64,000 bases of DNA from an uncultured Acidobacteriota bacterium (GTDB lineage Bacteria; Acidobacteriota; Terriglobia; Terriglobales; Acidobacteriaceae). The notes beneath the pieces are model-generated. The model did not search any database. It worked only from the letters and a program-made list of their open reading frames with translations, and was not told the origin of the DNA. Each line of letters opens with the position of its first letter. Within the stretch, counting starts at the first letter, position 1. Below, piece after piece: positions 36,192-45,261 of the stretch. The position numbers and the translations under genes are program-made. The stretch is from NCBI GenBank assembly GCA_963800405.1, contig CAWDBW010000071.1:557-64556 (forward strand), given 5' to 3'.

Positions 36192-36317
36192 TTATTTCTT
36201 CGGCTGCGGGCGCGCGGGCGCTGGTACGGTCGGCTGCGATTGCGGCCTGCCCCACGGCGGAACCGTCGACGGGTGAACGTTGGGGGTGAGAATGTTGGGG
36301 CGGTTGTCGTCGCTCAT
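36192..36317 (-). CDS. 41-aa proline-rich micro-protein
   Basis: ATG 36317 preceded by GAGGAG. MSDDNRPNILTPNVHPSTVPPWGRPQSQPTVPAPARPQPKK. Confidence 0.45.
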   Translation of the reverse strand: MSDDNRPNILTPNVHPSTVPPWGRPQSQPTVPAPARPQPKK

Positions 36318-36321
36318 GTTG

Positions 36322-36770
36322 TTAGCTCCTCTTGCTCTGAATTCTTTTCGTTGCGGCGGCGTGATGCTCGGCGCGGTAAACTTCGCCCAGCCTCTTCGCT
36401 TCCAGATACTTTCCGAACTCTGCATTGAGCGGGGTGACGATAGCGCGCAACTCGGCCAGCTCTTTTCGAACCTGCTCCAACAGCGCGGCGGAGTCAGGAC
36501 CAGCCGGGCCACGGTCGCCACGGTCGCCCTTGATGCTTTCGCCCGGTCGCCCTTGCGGGCCGGGTGTGGTTGACGGCTCCCCGCGTTCGCCGCGTTCACC
36601 ACGCTCACCGCGCGCCCCTGTGATGCTCGCGCCATCTTTGCCCGGCTTGCCTTCCTTCAGCTCGATGGTCTTGATTTCGCGCTGGAGTTCGCCGACCAGA
36701 CTCTCAAGCTGGTTGAGACGCCGATGCACGGAGAATTTGTTGACATCGAGTTTTGTCAGCGTCGCGGTCA
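36322..36770 (-). CDS. Coiled-coil protein with collagen-like G-x-y repeats
   Basis: GKPGKDGASITGARGERGERGERGEPSTTPGPQGRPGESIKGDRGDRGPAGP. GTG 36770 lies 1 nt after the upstream stop; the ORF is open to 36894. Confidence 0.6.
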
Positions 36771-36772
36771 CG

Positions 36773-37186
36773 TTAGTTCCTGATTTCCCACGGGAAAAGT
36801 TCTGCCGTGACAATGGCAGCGTTGTGCGCGGCCTGTTCGTTTTCCGCAGCCAGCGCGCGGCGGTCGACTTCGACTTGACGCCCGAGGTTCGCAAGCTTCA
36901 TCCGCAAGTCTTGGTCACTGACGTACACGCGTCCTGTCTGCTGGCGATATCTCTCTTCGAGAGAAATCTGCTTCACGCGCGCGGGCGCGGCAGAGCGAAT
37001 TTCAACACCCACGGGCGCGCCGGGGATTGCGCTGTCGAACGTCCAGACGTTTTTATTCGTCCTGAGATTGGCGGCGCGCAGCTCGGCGATTTTTGCCGCG
37101 AAGATTGGGGGACAAGAATCGGGGACGGCTGCCCACCCTCGGGCTTCGTTGCGCTCGTTCATGTTTCTGATTTCAGTTGCGGTCAT
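36773..37186 (-). CDS. Hypothetical protein
   Basis: ATG 37186 preceded by AGGAGA. The upstream 171 codons of the 308-aa ORF are an R/S/P-rich shadow frame overlapping 37242-37724. Confidence 0.55.
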   Translation of the reverse strand: MTATEIRNMNERNEARGWAAVPDSCPPIFAAKIAELRAANLRTNKNVWTFDSAIPGAPVGVEIRSAAPARVKQISLEERYRQQTGRVYVSDQDLRMKLANLGRQVEVDRRALAAENEQAAHNAAIVTAELFPWEIRN

Positions 37187-37241
37187 AAAATTTCTCCTGC
37201 TCCAGCTCTCCCCACTGTTACTCGAAAAGTGTTCCGCCCTT

Positions 37242-37724
37242 TTACAGAGGCTTGCTTCCGAAAACCGCCGACATGACGGTGCGATGTCCCGCCCACTTGT
37301 CCTTGCGCTCTTGCTCCTCCTGAGACTTCTTCGCGGCAGCGATTGCGACAGCGTTCGCTTCAGGCGAGAGAGACGCGGCGTCCAAAAATTGCTGCGTGAT
37401 ACTGCGCGGACAGTCGGCTGGCGGTGTATCGAAGAAGAAAGTGTCAGAGCCGACGCGCTTGATGACGGCGACCACTTTCCCGCTCTGGTGGATGCCCCAC
37501 TCGACGCCCGAGACACCTGCGACGGTGTCGTGAGCGTCAGGAACGGTCGCGGTCGCGGCCTGCTCGTTACGCGCGGCCAGCCATTCCTTCGAACCACGCG
37601 CAGGCATGGGCACGGCTTTCGCGGAGCCCTGCGCGATGAGAACCTGAGCAACGTGAGCTGGTAGGTTGGTGATGGTATTGCGGAGAGATGGGTCGGCAAC
37701 GAATTCGGTGTACTGGATTTTCAT
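37242..37724 (-). CDS. Hypothetical protein
   Basis: ATG 37724 (MKIQYTEF...) preceded by GAGGA. Confidence 0.55.
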   Translation of the reverse strand: MKIQYTEFVADPSLRNTITNLPAHVAQVLIAQGSAKAVPMPARGSKEWLAARNEQAATATVPDAHDTVAGVSGVEWGIHQSGKVVAVIKRVGSDTFFFDTPPADCPRSITQQFLDAASLSPEANAVAIAAAKKSQEEQERKDKWAGHRTVMSAVFGSKPL

Positions 37725-37799
37725 ACTGTCCTCATTGAAAAAGGATTTATCGTTCAAGGCTGTATTCCGCCTCAGTCTTACAACCGCGTGTGACGGCAT

Positions 37800-38024
37800 C
37801 TACTGGACGAACCGTGACGCAGACTTCGCCACTTGCAACGGATACTTTTTCATCGCCTCAACGAAGGCGGCAGAGTGTTCGAGGATGGTCTTCGCCGCGT
37901 CCATAGGAACAAGCGGCTCCAGACCCAGCTCGTTGCACGCGTCGTTGACGGCGCAGATTGCCGCGATGAGTTTTTCCTCTTTTGTGACCGACCACTTCGG
38001 CTTCTTCTCTTTCGGTTTCCTCAT
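37800..38024 (-). CDS. Hypothetical protein
   Basis: 74 aa, 4-nt overlap with the terS stop. Confidence 0.5.
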   Translation of the reverse strand: MRKPKEKKPKWSVTKEEKLIAAICAVNDACNELGLEPLVPMDAAKTILEHSAAFVEAMKKYPLQVAKSASRFVQ

Positions 38025-38575
38025 TGGATTCCTTCCGCTGTGACCAGCAGCCTGTCAAAGTCTTCTTCGGGGTCCTCGGCGGGCGGCTTGACCGCTTCGG
38101 GTTCGCGCGAAAGCAAAGCAGCATCCTCGGTCGACAGTGCGGGCTGTTCATTTTTCGGGGGCTTCGTCAGCTTGCGGCTGACCGGGGTCGCACTCAACTG
38201 CACGAGGTACGCGCGCATCTGGGACTCCAGCCTTGCGGCAATTTTCGACGCTGGGGATTCCTCAACTTTTATGTGCTCGTTGTTGTTCTTGTCCAGCCAC
38301 GAAGTTTCACTCAGCGGGTTCGCGGCGGCCATCGCTTCGACCTTGCGCCAGCGGGCGTAGATGCGAACGTAGATTTCCAGCGTCGATGCGTCGGCCTTCG
38401 TCAGTTGCCTGCGCTTGCAGAGCTTCGGCACGAGACGTCGCCACTCAGCCTCGGCGACAGGGCACAAATCCGCGGGCATTTTCGGTCGGCCACTGGCGAA
38501 CTCGGGTTCGGGTGACCACGCGGGCTTGGTGCCGTTCAAAACGTGCGTCGCTATGTCCTTGCGGTCGGTCGGCAT
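38021..38575 (-). CDS. Phage terminase small subunit, P27 family
   Basis: ...GRPKMPADLCPVAEAEWRRLVPKLCKRRQLTKADASTLEIYVRIYARWRKVE...LESQMRAYLVQLSATPVSR matches the P27 TerS pattern as I recall it. Confidence 0.75.
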   Translation of the reverse strand: MPTDRKDIATHVLNGTKPAWSPEPEFASGRPKMPADLCPVAEAEWRRLVPKLCKRRQLTKADASTLEIYVRIYARWRKVEAMAAANPLSETSWLDKNNNEHIKVEESPASKIAARLESQMRAYLVQLSATPVSRKLTKPPKNEQPALSTEDAALLSREPEAVKPPAEDPEEDFDRLLVTAEGIQ

Positions 38576-38790
38576 CAGCGCGTCTCCTGATTGGGCGCGA
38601 ACAGGACAGGCTGGCGGGTCACCACGACCTTGCGCTGGTCCGGGGTCAGCGTGTCCATGAACGCATTGTGGCGAAGGGCACGCCTGATAACTTCAGCTAC
38701 GGGCGCACCGCTTTCGGCAGCGATGCCCTTGATGCGCGCGGCGAGGGCGTCCTCGGCGTGAAAAACAAATCTGGTTTTCGTGGTAGCCAC
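38575..38790 (-). CDS. Ribbon-helix-helix (CopG/Arc-like) protein
   Basis: 71 aa. TRFVFHAEDALAARIKGIAAESGAPVAEVIRRAL. Overlaps the terS start by 1 nt. Confidence 0.55.
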   Translation of the reverse strand: MATTKTRFVFHAEDALAARIKGIAAESGAPVAEVIRRALRHNAFMDTLTPDQRKVVVTRQPVLFAPNQETR

Positions 38791-39331
38791 TGGTGGGCCT
38801 CCTGTCTCTGTTGCCCACAGGTGTGACGGCCTCCATAAGCTGCTTATCGGGTCATCAGGCGCGCCCCAGCAAAGGGGCCGGATGTCAGGCCGATGTCACC
38901 CTGAAGGCGCAGGGCTGGGCGGGCAAGGGCCAAGGAAGCGGTCCTAAAGGGACCGGGGGGTCTCGCTATTCATGCGGGCGTGTCTCTCTAAGAGCGGCGC
39001 GCGCGGTATTGCGCGAGGGCGTGGGAAAAACATCCCGCCTACCCCCTACATAACACGGGGGTTAGCTCGGTCGGGGGCATCCAAGGCGCAACACGTAACT
39101 TGCTGAGTCGTTGGGAGTTAGGTCAGGTGATGAAGCAAAGGCGAAGGGTCGCTTGGGCGCGCCGGGGATTATGTCAACTGACAAAATGAGGCTGGATTAT
39201 GCTCGGTTCGCTGCGGAATACGACCAACGAAAGGGCCGACGCCGGGCCACGTTTGACGACACGTGGGCTCCTCACGCACGCGCCGGGGCGAAGGGTCACG
39301 TTGGTTTGCTTATCGCCCACGCGGTCACTGT

Positions 39332-39341
39332 GGGGGGGGGG
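39332..39341. repeat. G10 homopolymer tract inside the 630-bp non-coding gap between the HNH and RHH/terS genes
   Basis: ctgtGGGGGGGGGGttcac. Confidence 0.9.
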
Positions 39342-39422
39342 TTCACTGGTTATCGTGTGATTGGGTGTTGCTGGGTCTCTCTGCTCTACTTTCGTTTTTT
39401 TGACCTTACGCGGGCGCGCGGG

Positions 39423-39878
39423 TCACAGGTCTGGGATGCCTGACAGCAGCGCTGCGATGTCATCAGCGTTTTGTGGAATTAATTCGTTCAGTTTGCGAAC
39501 GTCAATGGTGGATGACTTGTACTGCTGTCCATCCTCACCTGTGACAGCAATGTGGTCTTCTTTTCCTGCCTTCGGTGCGTTGCCAAATCCTCGGTCATAA
39601 GTAGCGGTCGCCGTGTTGTGGCATGGGGCGCACAATCCCCTCAAATTTTCGGGCGACGAAAAAAGCACCCAACTCACCGTGCCGTCAGGCGCGATGAAAG
39701 GCTTGATGTGGTCGACGACCGCGCTCGCTCGCTTTTGACAAATTCTGCAAATGGGGTCGCGTTGAAGAATGAAGACACGTAATTGCTTCCGCCAGAAGGC
39801 TCGGTTCTCCCACGGATGTTTGCACGTCCGGGGAACCATCGGGCCGCCTTCGTACTCTTGCCAAGTGTCGTTGCTCAC
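39423..39878 (-). CDS. HNH endonuclease
   Basis: CRICQKRASAVVDHIKPF...NLRGLCAPCHN. Confidence 0.8.
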   Translation of the reverse strand: MSNDTWQEYEGGPMVPRTCKHPWENRAFWRKQLRVFILQRDPICRICQKRASAVVDHIKPFIAPDGTVSWVLFSSPENLRGLCAPCHNTATATYDRGFGNAPKAGKEDHIAVTGEDGQQYKSSTIDVRKLNELIPQNADDIAALLSGIPDL

Positions 39879-40183
39879 TGCGGTCTCTTCCTGCCGTCAG
39901 GTGTCTCCATGAGAAGCTTGCCGTGGCGGTCGTAAAAATCGTACTCGCCGGGCAGCGTCGGCGGGATGCCGCGTTCGGCTGCGTGATGGTTGCAGACGAC
40001 TTTTACTCCCAGCGCATCGGCCAACTCGGGCGATTGTGGGACATCGTTGATAACGCCCGCGCATTCGAAGCACACGGCATACTCTGTCCCCTCACTGCTA
40101 CCCACGAGAACGTCGGGTGGTGACCCAGCCATGACGTGGGCGCAAAGAAGGATTGCTGCTCGGCAATCGGGACTGTGACTCAT
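39875..40183 (-). CDS. Hypothetical Cys/His-containing protein
   Basis: 102 aa, 4-nt overlap with the HNH gene start. Confidence 0.5.
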   Translation of the reverse strand: MSHSPDCRAAILLCAHVMAGSPPDVLVGSSEGTEYAVCFECAGVINDVPQSPELADALGVKVVCNHHAAERGIPPTLPGEYDFYDRHGKLLMETPDGRKRPQ

Positions 40184-40242
40184 TGGCTTTTTCGCCTCCG
40201 GGGTCGTGTACTATACCGTCCTTCACTTCGGAAAGTGAAGTT

Positions 40243-40470
40243 CTATTTCCTCGGCCAAGGCAGACTTTCGATTTCGCTCTCGCCGCGAAGCATGGCAGCA
40301 ACGACTCGATGCGCGCCATCGATGAGCAATAAGTGACCAACATCCTCAACGTAAATCGGCGGGCATGTTGACGCGGGAAGTTCGGCGTACTTTTTGCAAA
40401 CGTCCGGGTCACGCATTAAGGCTTCGAGGATGTGGATGGAATTTCGCGCGACCAGCTCTGCGATTTTCAT
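40243..40470 (-). CDS. Small ParB-N-terminal-domain-like protein (tentative)
   Basis: ...PPIYVEDVGHLLLIDGAHRVVAAMLRG resembles the ParB/Srx DGxHR core. Confidence 0.4.
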   Translation of the reverse strand: MKIAELVARNSIHILEALMRDPDVCKKYAELPASTCPPIYVEDVGHLLLIDGAHRVVAAMLRGESEIESLPWPRK

Positions 40471-40733
40471 TGGAACCGAGTTCTCTGCGTTCCGCGTCCA
40501 AGCATGTACTCCTCGGCGCGGGTCATTGGGGGAACGGTGGATGCGTGTTGGGGGCGTCGAGAGGAGGCGAGTTCGTCGATGGTTTCCTCCACCGCGCTTT
40601 CCTTGCGACCGTACTCGTCGTAATACACTGCTCTGATTGTCATGGGATTTTTTGAAAGGCTGGGCTGGAGGTCATCGCCGCACTCCCACGGTGGTAAGAG
40701 TGTTCTCGGCTCTCTCCAGCCCACGTCACACAA
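40467..40733 (-). CDS. Hypothetical protein (start uncertain; ATG 40643 is an alternative)
   Basis: 4-nt overlap with the downstream gene. Confidence 0.35.
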   Translation of the reverse strand: MCDVGWREPRTLLPPWECGDDLQPSLSKNPMTIRAVYYDEYGRKESAVEETIDELASSRRPQHASTVPPMTRAEEYMLGRGTQRTRFQ

Positions 40734-40797
40734 CAGCTTTCCACTGACTTGCGTCTCGCTTTATAGCTGTCAATGTATCCGTGAGGTGTGACCGGGG

Positions 40798-41130
40798 TTA
40801 TCTCTGCCGTTTCGGTCGGTTGGTGCTGCTGCGGACAACGCTGACGGCCTCACCGTCCAACTTCACTGGCTCCAAAATCCAGTTCAGGATTTCGACCAAA
40901 ATGTCCTCCGTGACGGAGAAGATGGCGCAGGCGTGAAAGTCATATGTCCGAACGCTTATCAGGCTCGGCGGAATGTTCAGACCGGACTGCTGGTAAAGGT
41001 CTGCGCTCAGGCTTTCGGCGGTGGTTCCCTTTGGAAGATGACGGATGGTTAACCACGTGCCGAGTGGCAGGGTTTGCTTCGCGTTCGGTACGGCTGCGTT
41101 CATTTCTGGGCTCCCAGTCGATTTCCTCAT
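40798..41130 (-). CDS. Hypothetical protein (ATG 41103 is an alternative start with GGGAG upstream)
   Basis: 110-aa ORF in the island chain. Confidence 0.45.
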   Translation of the reverse strand: MRKSTGSPEMNAAVPNAKQTLPLGTWLTIRHLPKGTTAESLSADLYQQSGLNIPPSLISVRTYDFHACAIFSVTEDILVEILNWILEPVKLDGEAVSVVRSSTNRPKRQR

Positions 41131-41166
41131 CCACGTACAACGTGACGCACGGCGGTATTCGCGGCC

Positions 41167-41340
41167 TTAGCACGCGCCCCCGCTCTTCAGCGTTCTCTGC
41201 CACTTCGGTACGGATTCGAGGAGGGCCTTCGTCTCGATAAACGAATCGATGACTTCGGGAGCGACTCCCAACTCGGTAAGGCGGTCTTCGAGTTCTTCGG
41301 GGTCGGAGGGCAGTAACTCTGTCGTCTTTTCCTTAAGCAT
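41167..41340 (-). CDS. Hypothetical acidic 57-aa protein
   Basis: MLKEKTTELLPSDPEELEDRLTELGVAPEVIDSF... The ATG overlaps the end of the upstream ORF. Confidence 0.35.
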   Translation of the reverse strand: MLKEKTTELLPSDPEELEDRLTELGVAPEVIDSFIETKALLESVPKWQRTLKSGGAC

Positions 41341-41614
41341 TTTGTTCTCTGCTTTCTCGCCTCGCGCGGAGGCGTTCCTCGTAGCGGTCTTCCGCTGTTT
41401 CCCTGATGTTGGGCAATGGCGTAGGAAACAGGCGCTCGACCGTGTGTTTGTATGAGCAGCCCTTGCCGCACGGACCCTGCGATACATCTCTGACGAATTC
41501 CTCGCTCCCAAGTTCGATGTGAGTCGTGGCGTGACAACGGCTGACACTTCCGTAGTCACCGCTCCCGTGGATTTCTGCGGTCGGATATAACTTACGGGCG
41601 TGCGTGTAGCTCAC
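41333..41614 (-). CDS. Hypothetical Cys-containing protein
   Basis: 93 aa with a GTG start. Confidence 0.4.
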   Translation of the reverse strand: MSYTHARKLYPTAEIHGSGDYGSVSRCHATTHIELGSEEFVRDVSQGPCGKGCSYKHTVERLFPTPLPNIRETAEDRYEERLRARRESREQNA

Positions 41615-41765
41615 GGGTTTCCTCTTCCTGCATTTTCCGAACTGCGCGGCGGATGACCGCGCCGACCGATTCGTGACCGCGCGCGGCGGCCTGCTCCAGC
41701 CAGACGGTCAGGTCGGCGGGCATGTACGTCACGACGGGCTTGTTCGGTGTCGACACGGTGTTCAT
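41592..41765 (-). CDS. 57-aa ribbon-helix-helix protein (below the ORF-track length cutoff)
   Basis: MNTVSTPNKPVVTYMPADLTVWLEQAAARGHESVGAVIRRAVRKMQEEETRELHARP. It is the first gene after a ~190-bp gap. Confidence 0.45.
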   Translation of the reverse strand: MNTVSTPNKPVVTYMPADLTVWLEQAAARGHESVGAVIRRAVRKMQEEETRELHARP

Positions 41766-41959
41766 ACTGGCAGGGAGGTGTTACGAGGGCCGGGCTGCGG
41801 AAAATGAAACGGCACCGTTCTCACGCACGGGGTTCGGTGCCATTTCGGAAGGACTCAAGGGGTCTCAGAATCGGCTTGTGCCGTTTTGTGCCAGTACGTT
41901 TTCAGGTGATACAAAACACGCCGTTTAAAATTCGTCGGTCCTCTCATAAGGAAAAAGTG

Positions 41960-42247
41960 TCACTTCGTTTGGTCGTCAGAGTCATGTTGGCACCCCGTGA
42001 CACCGGGGCTTGCTCCCGCGCGGCGGGTGAACCGCGCGGGCAGAACAAACGCCTGAACCCACAGTCCTTCGGGGCCTTGGGACCAGCCAGCTTCACTCAG
42101 TATGCGGCGGACAACAGTCACCCATAAACCGATTCCTCGTTCCCTGCACAAAACCGTCGCATCTATCCTTGGGTTCTTGTGGATGATTCTTTCCATCCTT
42201 TTCAAGTAAAACTTGTCCGCCTTTGCTCTCGCCCTTTTGTGCTTCAT
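41960..42247 (-). CDS. Small HTH-like protein
   Basis: MKHKRARAKADKFYLKRMERIIHKNPRIDATVLCRERGIGLWVTVVRRILSEAGW. Confidence 0.4.
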   Translation of the reverse strand: MKHKRARAKADKFYLKRMERIIHKNPRIDATVLCRERGIGLWVTVVRRILSEAGWSQGPEGLWVQAFVLPARFTRRAGASPGVTGCQHDSDDQTK

Positions 42248-44256
42248 CAGCGCTTCACCTTTCTTACAACTTTTACGCGCCCGTTCTTGCTGAGTTCGAT
42301 GTCACCGCAAACCTCCAGAGAAGCCAGCGCCCGGTTGACGATGGACGGACCCCAGTCGATGACTACGTGCGTTGAGCGGAACATGTCGCGCTGGGAAATC
42401 CAGCCATCACTGTCGCCTTGATGGTCGGCCAAGTAGTCAGTCACCTTGCAGGCAACAATCGCCTCGGGGTTCTTGCCGGGGTTCGGCTTGAACCTTTTCC
42501 GCACATTTATCTGGTAGGCAATGAAAGCCTTCATCGGCCCGAGGTCCGCGCCGTGAAGCGTGCGGCGACCGTCCATCGAAGCCGCGATGAGGGCGGCGCG
42601 CAGGCCCAGCTCAAGCAGGCGACTGTCAGCCGCTGTCAACTTCAACTCCTCCGCGATGCGGTCACGGGCATCCCAGACATCGTTGTCGATTTCCACGGGG
42701 ACCGGGCGTTCGGTTCCGAACACCTCCTCCGGCTCGGCGAGGTCGGGCGTCCTCAGCGCGGGCTCTCCAGTAAACGCGCGGTATTTGTAGGCGTACCCTG
42801 ACGGCGCAACTCCGAAGATGAACCTGTCGTAGAAACCACCCGTGGTTGCCGCGCCGAAGAGGTCGTTGAACATCTCGTCAACCACGCCTCCCGCAACTGA
42901 GAGACGGCAGTTGAAATTGACCTTCGCGTTCTTCGCCAGAATGAGGTCCTGCTGGTCCTCGTAGAAGATGGTGTTCAGAATCGTTGCGAACGCAGAGCCT
43001 TGAATCGTCAGCTTGAGAAGCAGGTGGGCCAGCTCATCCGTGAAGTAAAGCCGTGACGCCCCACCGACGTCGCCTATCTCTTTCGTCAGGCCCTCACCCG
43101 AACCCGCTTTCAGTTTGAGGAGTGCGGGGACCTTAAGGTCGAGCAGCCGAATAGCGTAGTCGAACGCGCTGGTCTTGCCCGTGCCCTTCCCACCGACGAG
43201 CGCGACGAAAAGATTGGTGCGATTGCTCGGGGTCGGGCTGTGCGGAACCAAAACGCTGGCTACCGAGAGGAGCGCGGGCCACGAGAATGCAATCGGAAAC
43301 GCGCCCATGCGCTCTTTGCAAAGCCGTCCCAGCCAGCCGTCAAGAACCTCCTCGGGCATGTCTTCGATGCCGACCTTCTGCTCGGCGATAAGAAGCTTCA
43401 CGGCGTCGTGTACTTTATCGAGTGACCACACGCCGTTCTTGTCCGGCTCGATGGTCACCACCTGAGTGCAGCACCGTTGAAGCCGCGCTTCGACGTCCGA
43501 GTCTCTGAACGTCAGCACGACAGGCTTCCATGACAGCGGCCCGGTCACGTCCTCGGGTCCTTTCAAGCCGAGAACCGCCTTGCGCGCCCGAGGGTCCATG
43601 ACGTACACGCAGTTGTAGGCGTACCAGCGGGTGATTTCTCCTCGGCGCAGGCGGTCGCTTATTTGCATGTCGAGGTACAACTGGCGCGCGTCGCCGTTGT
43701 CCATGACAACGAAGACGGGTTCGTTCGCATCGTCCGGGACGTTGCTTCCGTCAATCCAAGTCGTCGTGGAAGTTTTCGCGGCGGCGTCACGCAGTCGCTC
43801 GATGAGACTGCCGACGCCCACAGGCCCGAGGTTACGGGTCAGCGATTCCCAGCCCGGCTCCGTTGTGGGTGGAGGCGTTGGGAACATCTGAGTGCATCCT
43901 GCCTTCGGCTCACAGTAGCACTTGCGACCGCATTCTCCGTGGTCGGGGCAGAGAGTACCGTCGTCAACGTGCGTGTACACATCAGTGGCGGTGAAGGAAC
44001 AGCCGGGCAGCAGGTCTTGAATACGCCGAGCAGCTTCCTCCTGAAGAGCCAGCGGAACACACGGCTCGCCTGTGGGGAACTTGCTGTTTGTCAGGAGCCA
44101 GCGAAGGCCCACCTTCCCACGGTCGCCGGGCGTTCCCAGCCATAGGTGGTGATAAGGGCAAAAGTCTGCTGGTTGCTTGCGGGTGAGTTCGAGCTGTGCC
44201 TCTTGGTAGAGTGCTTCGATGGTCGGGCTGGTTTTGAAGAGTTCGTCTAACGTCAT
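42247..44256 (-). CDS. P-loop NTPase, putative replication initiator/helicase (DUF3987 or D5-like, tentative) with an N-terminal Cys cluster
   Basis: 669 aa. Walker A LVGGKGTGKTS. Walker-B-like RLYFTDELAHL. CPDHGECGRKCYC near the N-terminus. Confidence 0.6.
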   Translation of the reverse strand: MTLDELFKTSPTIEALYQEAQLELTRKQPADFCPYHHLWLGTPGDRGKVGLRWLLTNSKFPTGEPCVPLALQEEAARRIQDLLPGCSFTATDVYTHVDDGTLCPDHGECGRKCYCEPKAGCTQMFPTPPPTTEPGWESLTRNLGPVGVGSLIERLRDAAAKTSTTTWIDGSNVPDDANEPVFVVMDNGDARQLYLDMQISDRLRRGEITRWYAYNCVYVMDPRARKAVLGLKGPEDVTGPLSWKPVVLTFRDSDVEARLQRCCTQVVTIEPDKNGVWSLDKVHDAVKLLIAEQKVGIEDMPEEVLDGWLGRLCKERMGAFPIAFSWPALLSVASVLVPHSPTPSNRTNLFVALVGGKGTGKTSAFDYAIRLLDLKVPALLKLKAGSGEGLTKEIGDVGGASRLYFTDELAHLLLKLTIQGSAFATILNTIFYEDQQDLILAKNAKVNFNCRLSVAGGVVDEMFNDLFGAATTGGFYDRFIFGVAPSGYAYKYRAFTGEPALRTPDLAEPEEVFGTERPVPVEIDNDVWDARDRIAEELKLTAADSRLLELGLRAALIAASMDGRRTLHGADLGPMKAFIAYQINVRKRFKPNPGKNPEAIVACKVTDYLADHQGDSDGWISQRDMFRSTHVVIDWGPSIVNRALASLEVCGDIELSKNGRVKVVRKVKR

Positions 44257-44546
44257 TGATTCTCCTTTTTGCTGCGAAGTTTTTGTTTCTCACTCCACGC
44301 GATGAACTCCTCGCGTGTCATCTCTGGGAACACCGCAACAACACGCGGCGCATCGCCCGGCTTCTGGTCGAGGATGGCGTCGATGAACACCTTCGGCATC
44401 GATTCCATCCGCGCGTTCACGAGAACCTCGGCCTGCGCCAGCAGTCGTTCGGCCCTGCGAAGCAGAATCCCGCGCACGACGTTGTTCGCCGTCAGCGAGT
44501 GTTCCAATACGCTTCGGGCCTCCGTGGTTAACGCGCGAGCGCTCAT
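44253..44546 (-). CDS. Hypothetical protein
   Basis: ATG 44546 overlaps the upstream stop (ATGA); 4-nt overlap with the helicase-like gene. Confidence 0.5.
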   Translation of the reverse strand: MSARALTTEARSVLEHSLTANNVVRGILLRRAERLLAQAEVLVNARMESMPKVFIDAILDQKPGDAPRVVAVFPEMTREEFIAWSEKQKLRSKKENQ

Positions 44547-44890
44547 GCGTTCCCTGCCGAGTTCAGTATCTGAATGTGCTCGTCGCACAAATAGACGACC
44601 GTGCCCTCAAACTTTCCCCACAAAGCCTGCTGACGAATTGCGGGCCTGCCGCATGGAAACATCGCGACCTTCGGGTCACCGTCAATCTCTCCGCAGCGAT
44701 GACGGAACCTGTGCGGCCAAGGTGCGAGTACTGACTGCATGATGCGCCGTGGCGATTCCTCGCCGTCGAACCTCACAAGGTACGGCGCGCCGTCCTCTTC
44801 GAACGGGCCGCCCTCGATAGTGCCCGGCATGTTGTACGGTTCGTATCCGTCGTCGAGCAAGCCGACGCGGTCACCAGTTTTGTATGCCAT
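44543..44890 (-). CDS. Hypothetical protein
   Basis: 115 aa, MAYKTGDRVGLLDDGYEPYNMPGTIEGG... Confidence 0.5.
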   Translation of the reverse strand: MAYKTGDRVGLLDDGYEPYNMPGTIEGGPFEEDGAPYLVRFDGEESPRRIMQSVLAPWPHRFRHRCGEIDGDPKVAMFPCGRPAIRQQALWGKFEGTVVYLCDEHIQILNSAGNA

Positions 44891-44910
44891 CTTTTTAGTT
44901 CTCCTTTTTG

Positions 44911-45261
44911 TCAGTTCGTGAAAGCAAGGTGGAGTTGGCTGTCGGCGGGGACCCAGCCGGGTTGGTCGTCAGCCCAAGCGAGAAACTTTCCGTCGTGAAA
45001 GAGCGGCCAGCCTCCGTCACCCGGAAAGTCGCCGTAGCCCTCTGTGAGTGGCGTGGGCTGCCCACCTTTGGCAATCCACTCCTCGGCTTCTTTGCGTGAG
45101 TGGAACCGCTCGTTGTACACGTATTCGTCAATCGCTGACGCGATTCCGAACAGGCCGTTGGCGTACGCGAATACCTTCAGCTTGTCGTGGCCCTCGTGCA
45201 CCACCGTTATCTCTTCCGGCTGTTCTGGAAGACCATCGATAATGCGGTCGACGCAGCTCAT
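44911..45261 (-). CDS. Hypothetical protein
   Basis: 116 aa. The start overlaps the upstream stop. Confidence 0.5.
   Translation of the reverse strand: MSCVDRIIDGLPEQPEEITVVHEGHDKLKVFAYANGLFGIASAIDEYVYNERFHSRKEAEEWIAKGGQPTPLTEGYGDFPGDGGWPLFHDGKFLAWADDQPGWVPADSQLHLAFTN

Noticed and set aside
37187-37699. Upstream 171 codons of the 308-aa ORF 36773-37699
   Set aside because: This is an R/S/P-rich frame overlapping the better-supported 37242-37724 gene. An internal ATG at 37186 has a strong RBS, so the call was trimmed to that start.
39111-39443. 110-aa plus-strand ORF in the HNH-terS gap
   Set aside because: It runs antisense to the island gene chain and reads through the G10 tract. It has no convincing RBS and overlaps the HNH gene end. 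It is kept only as part of the non-coding-gap finding.
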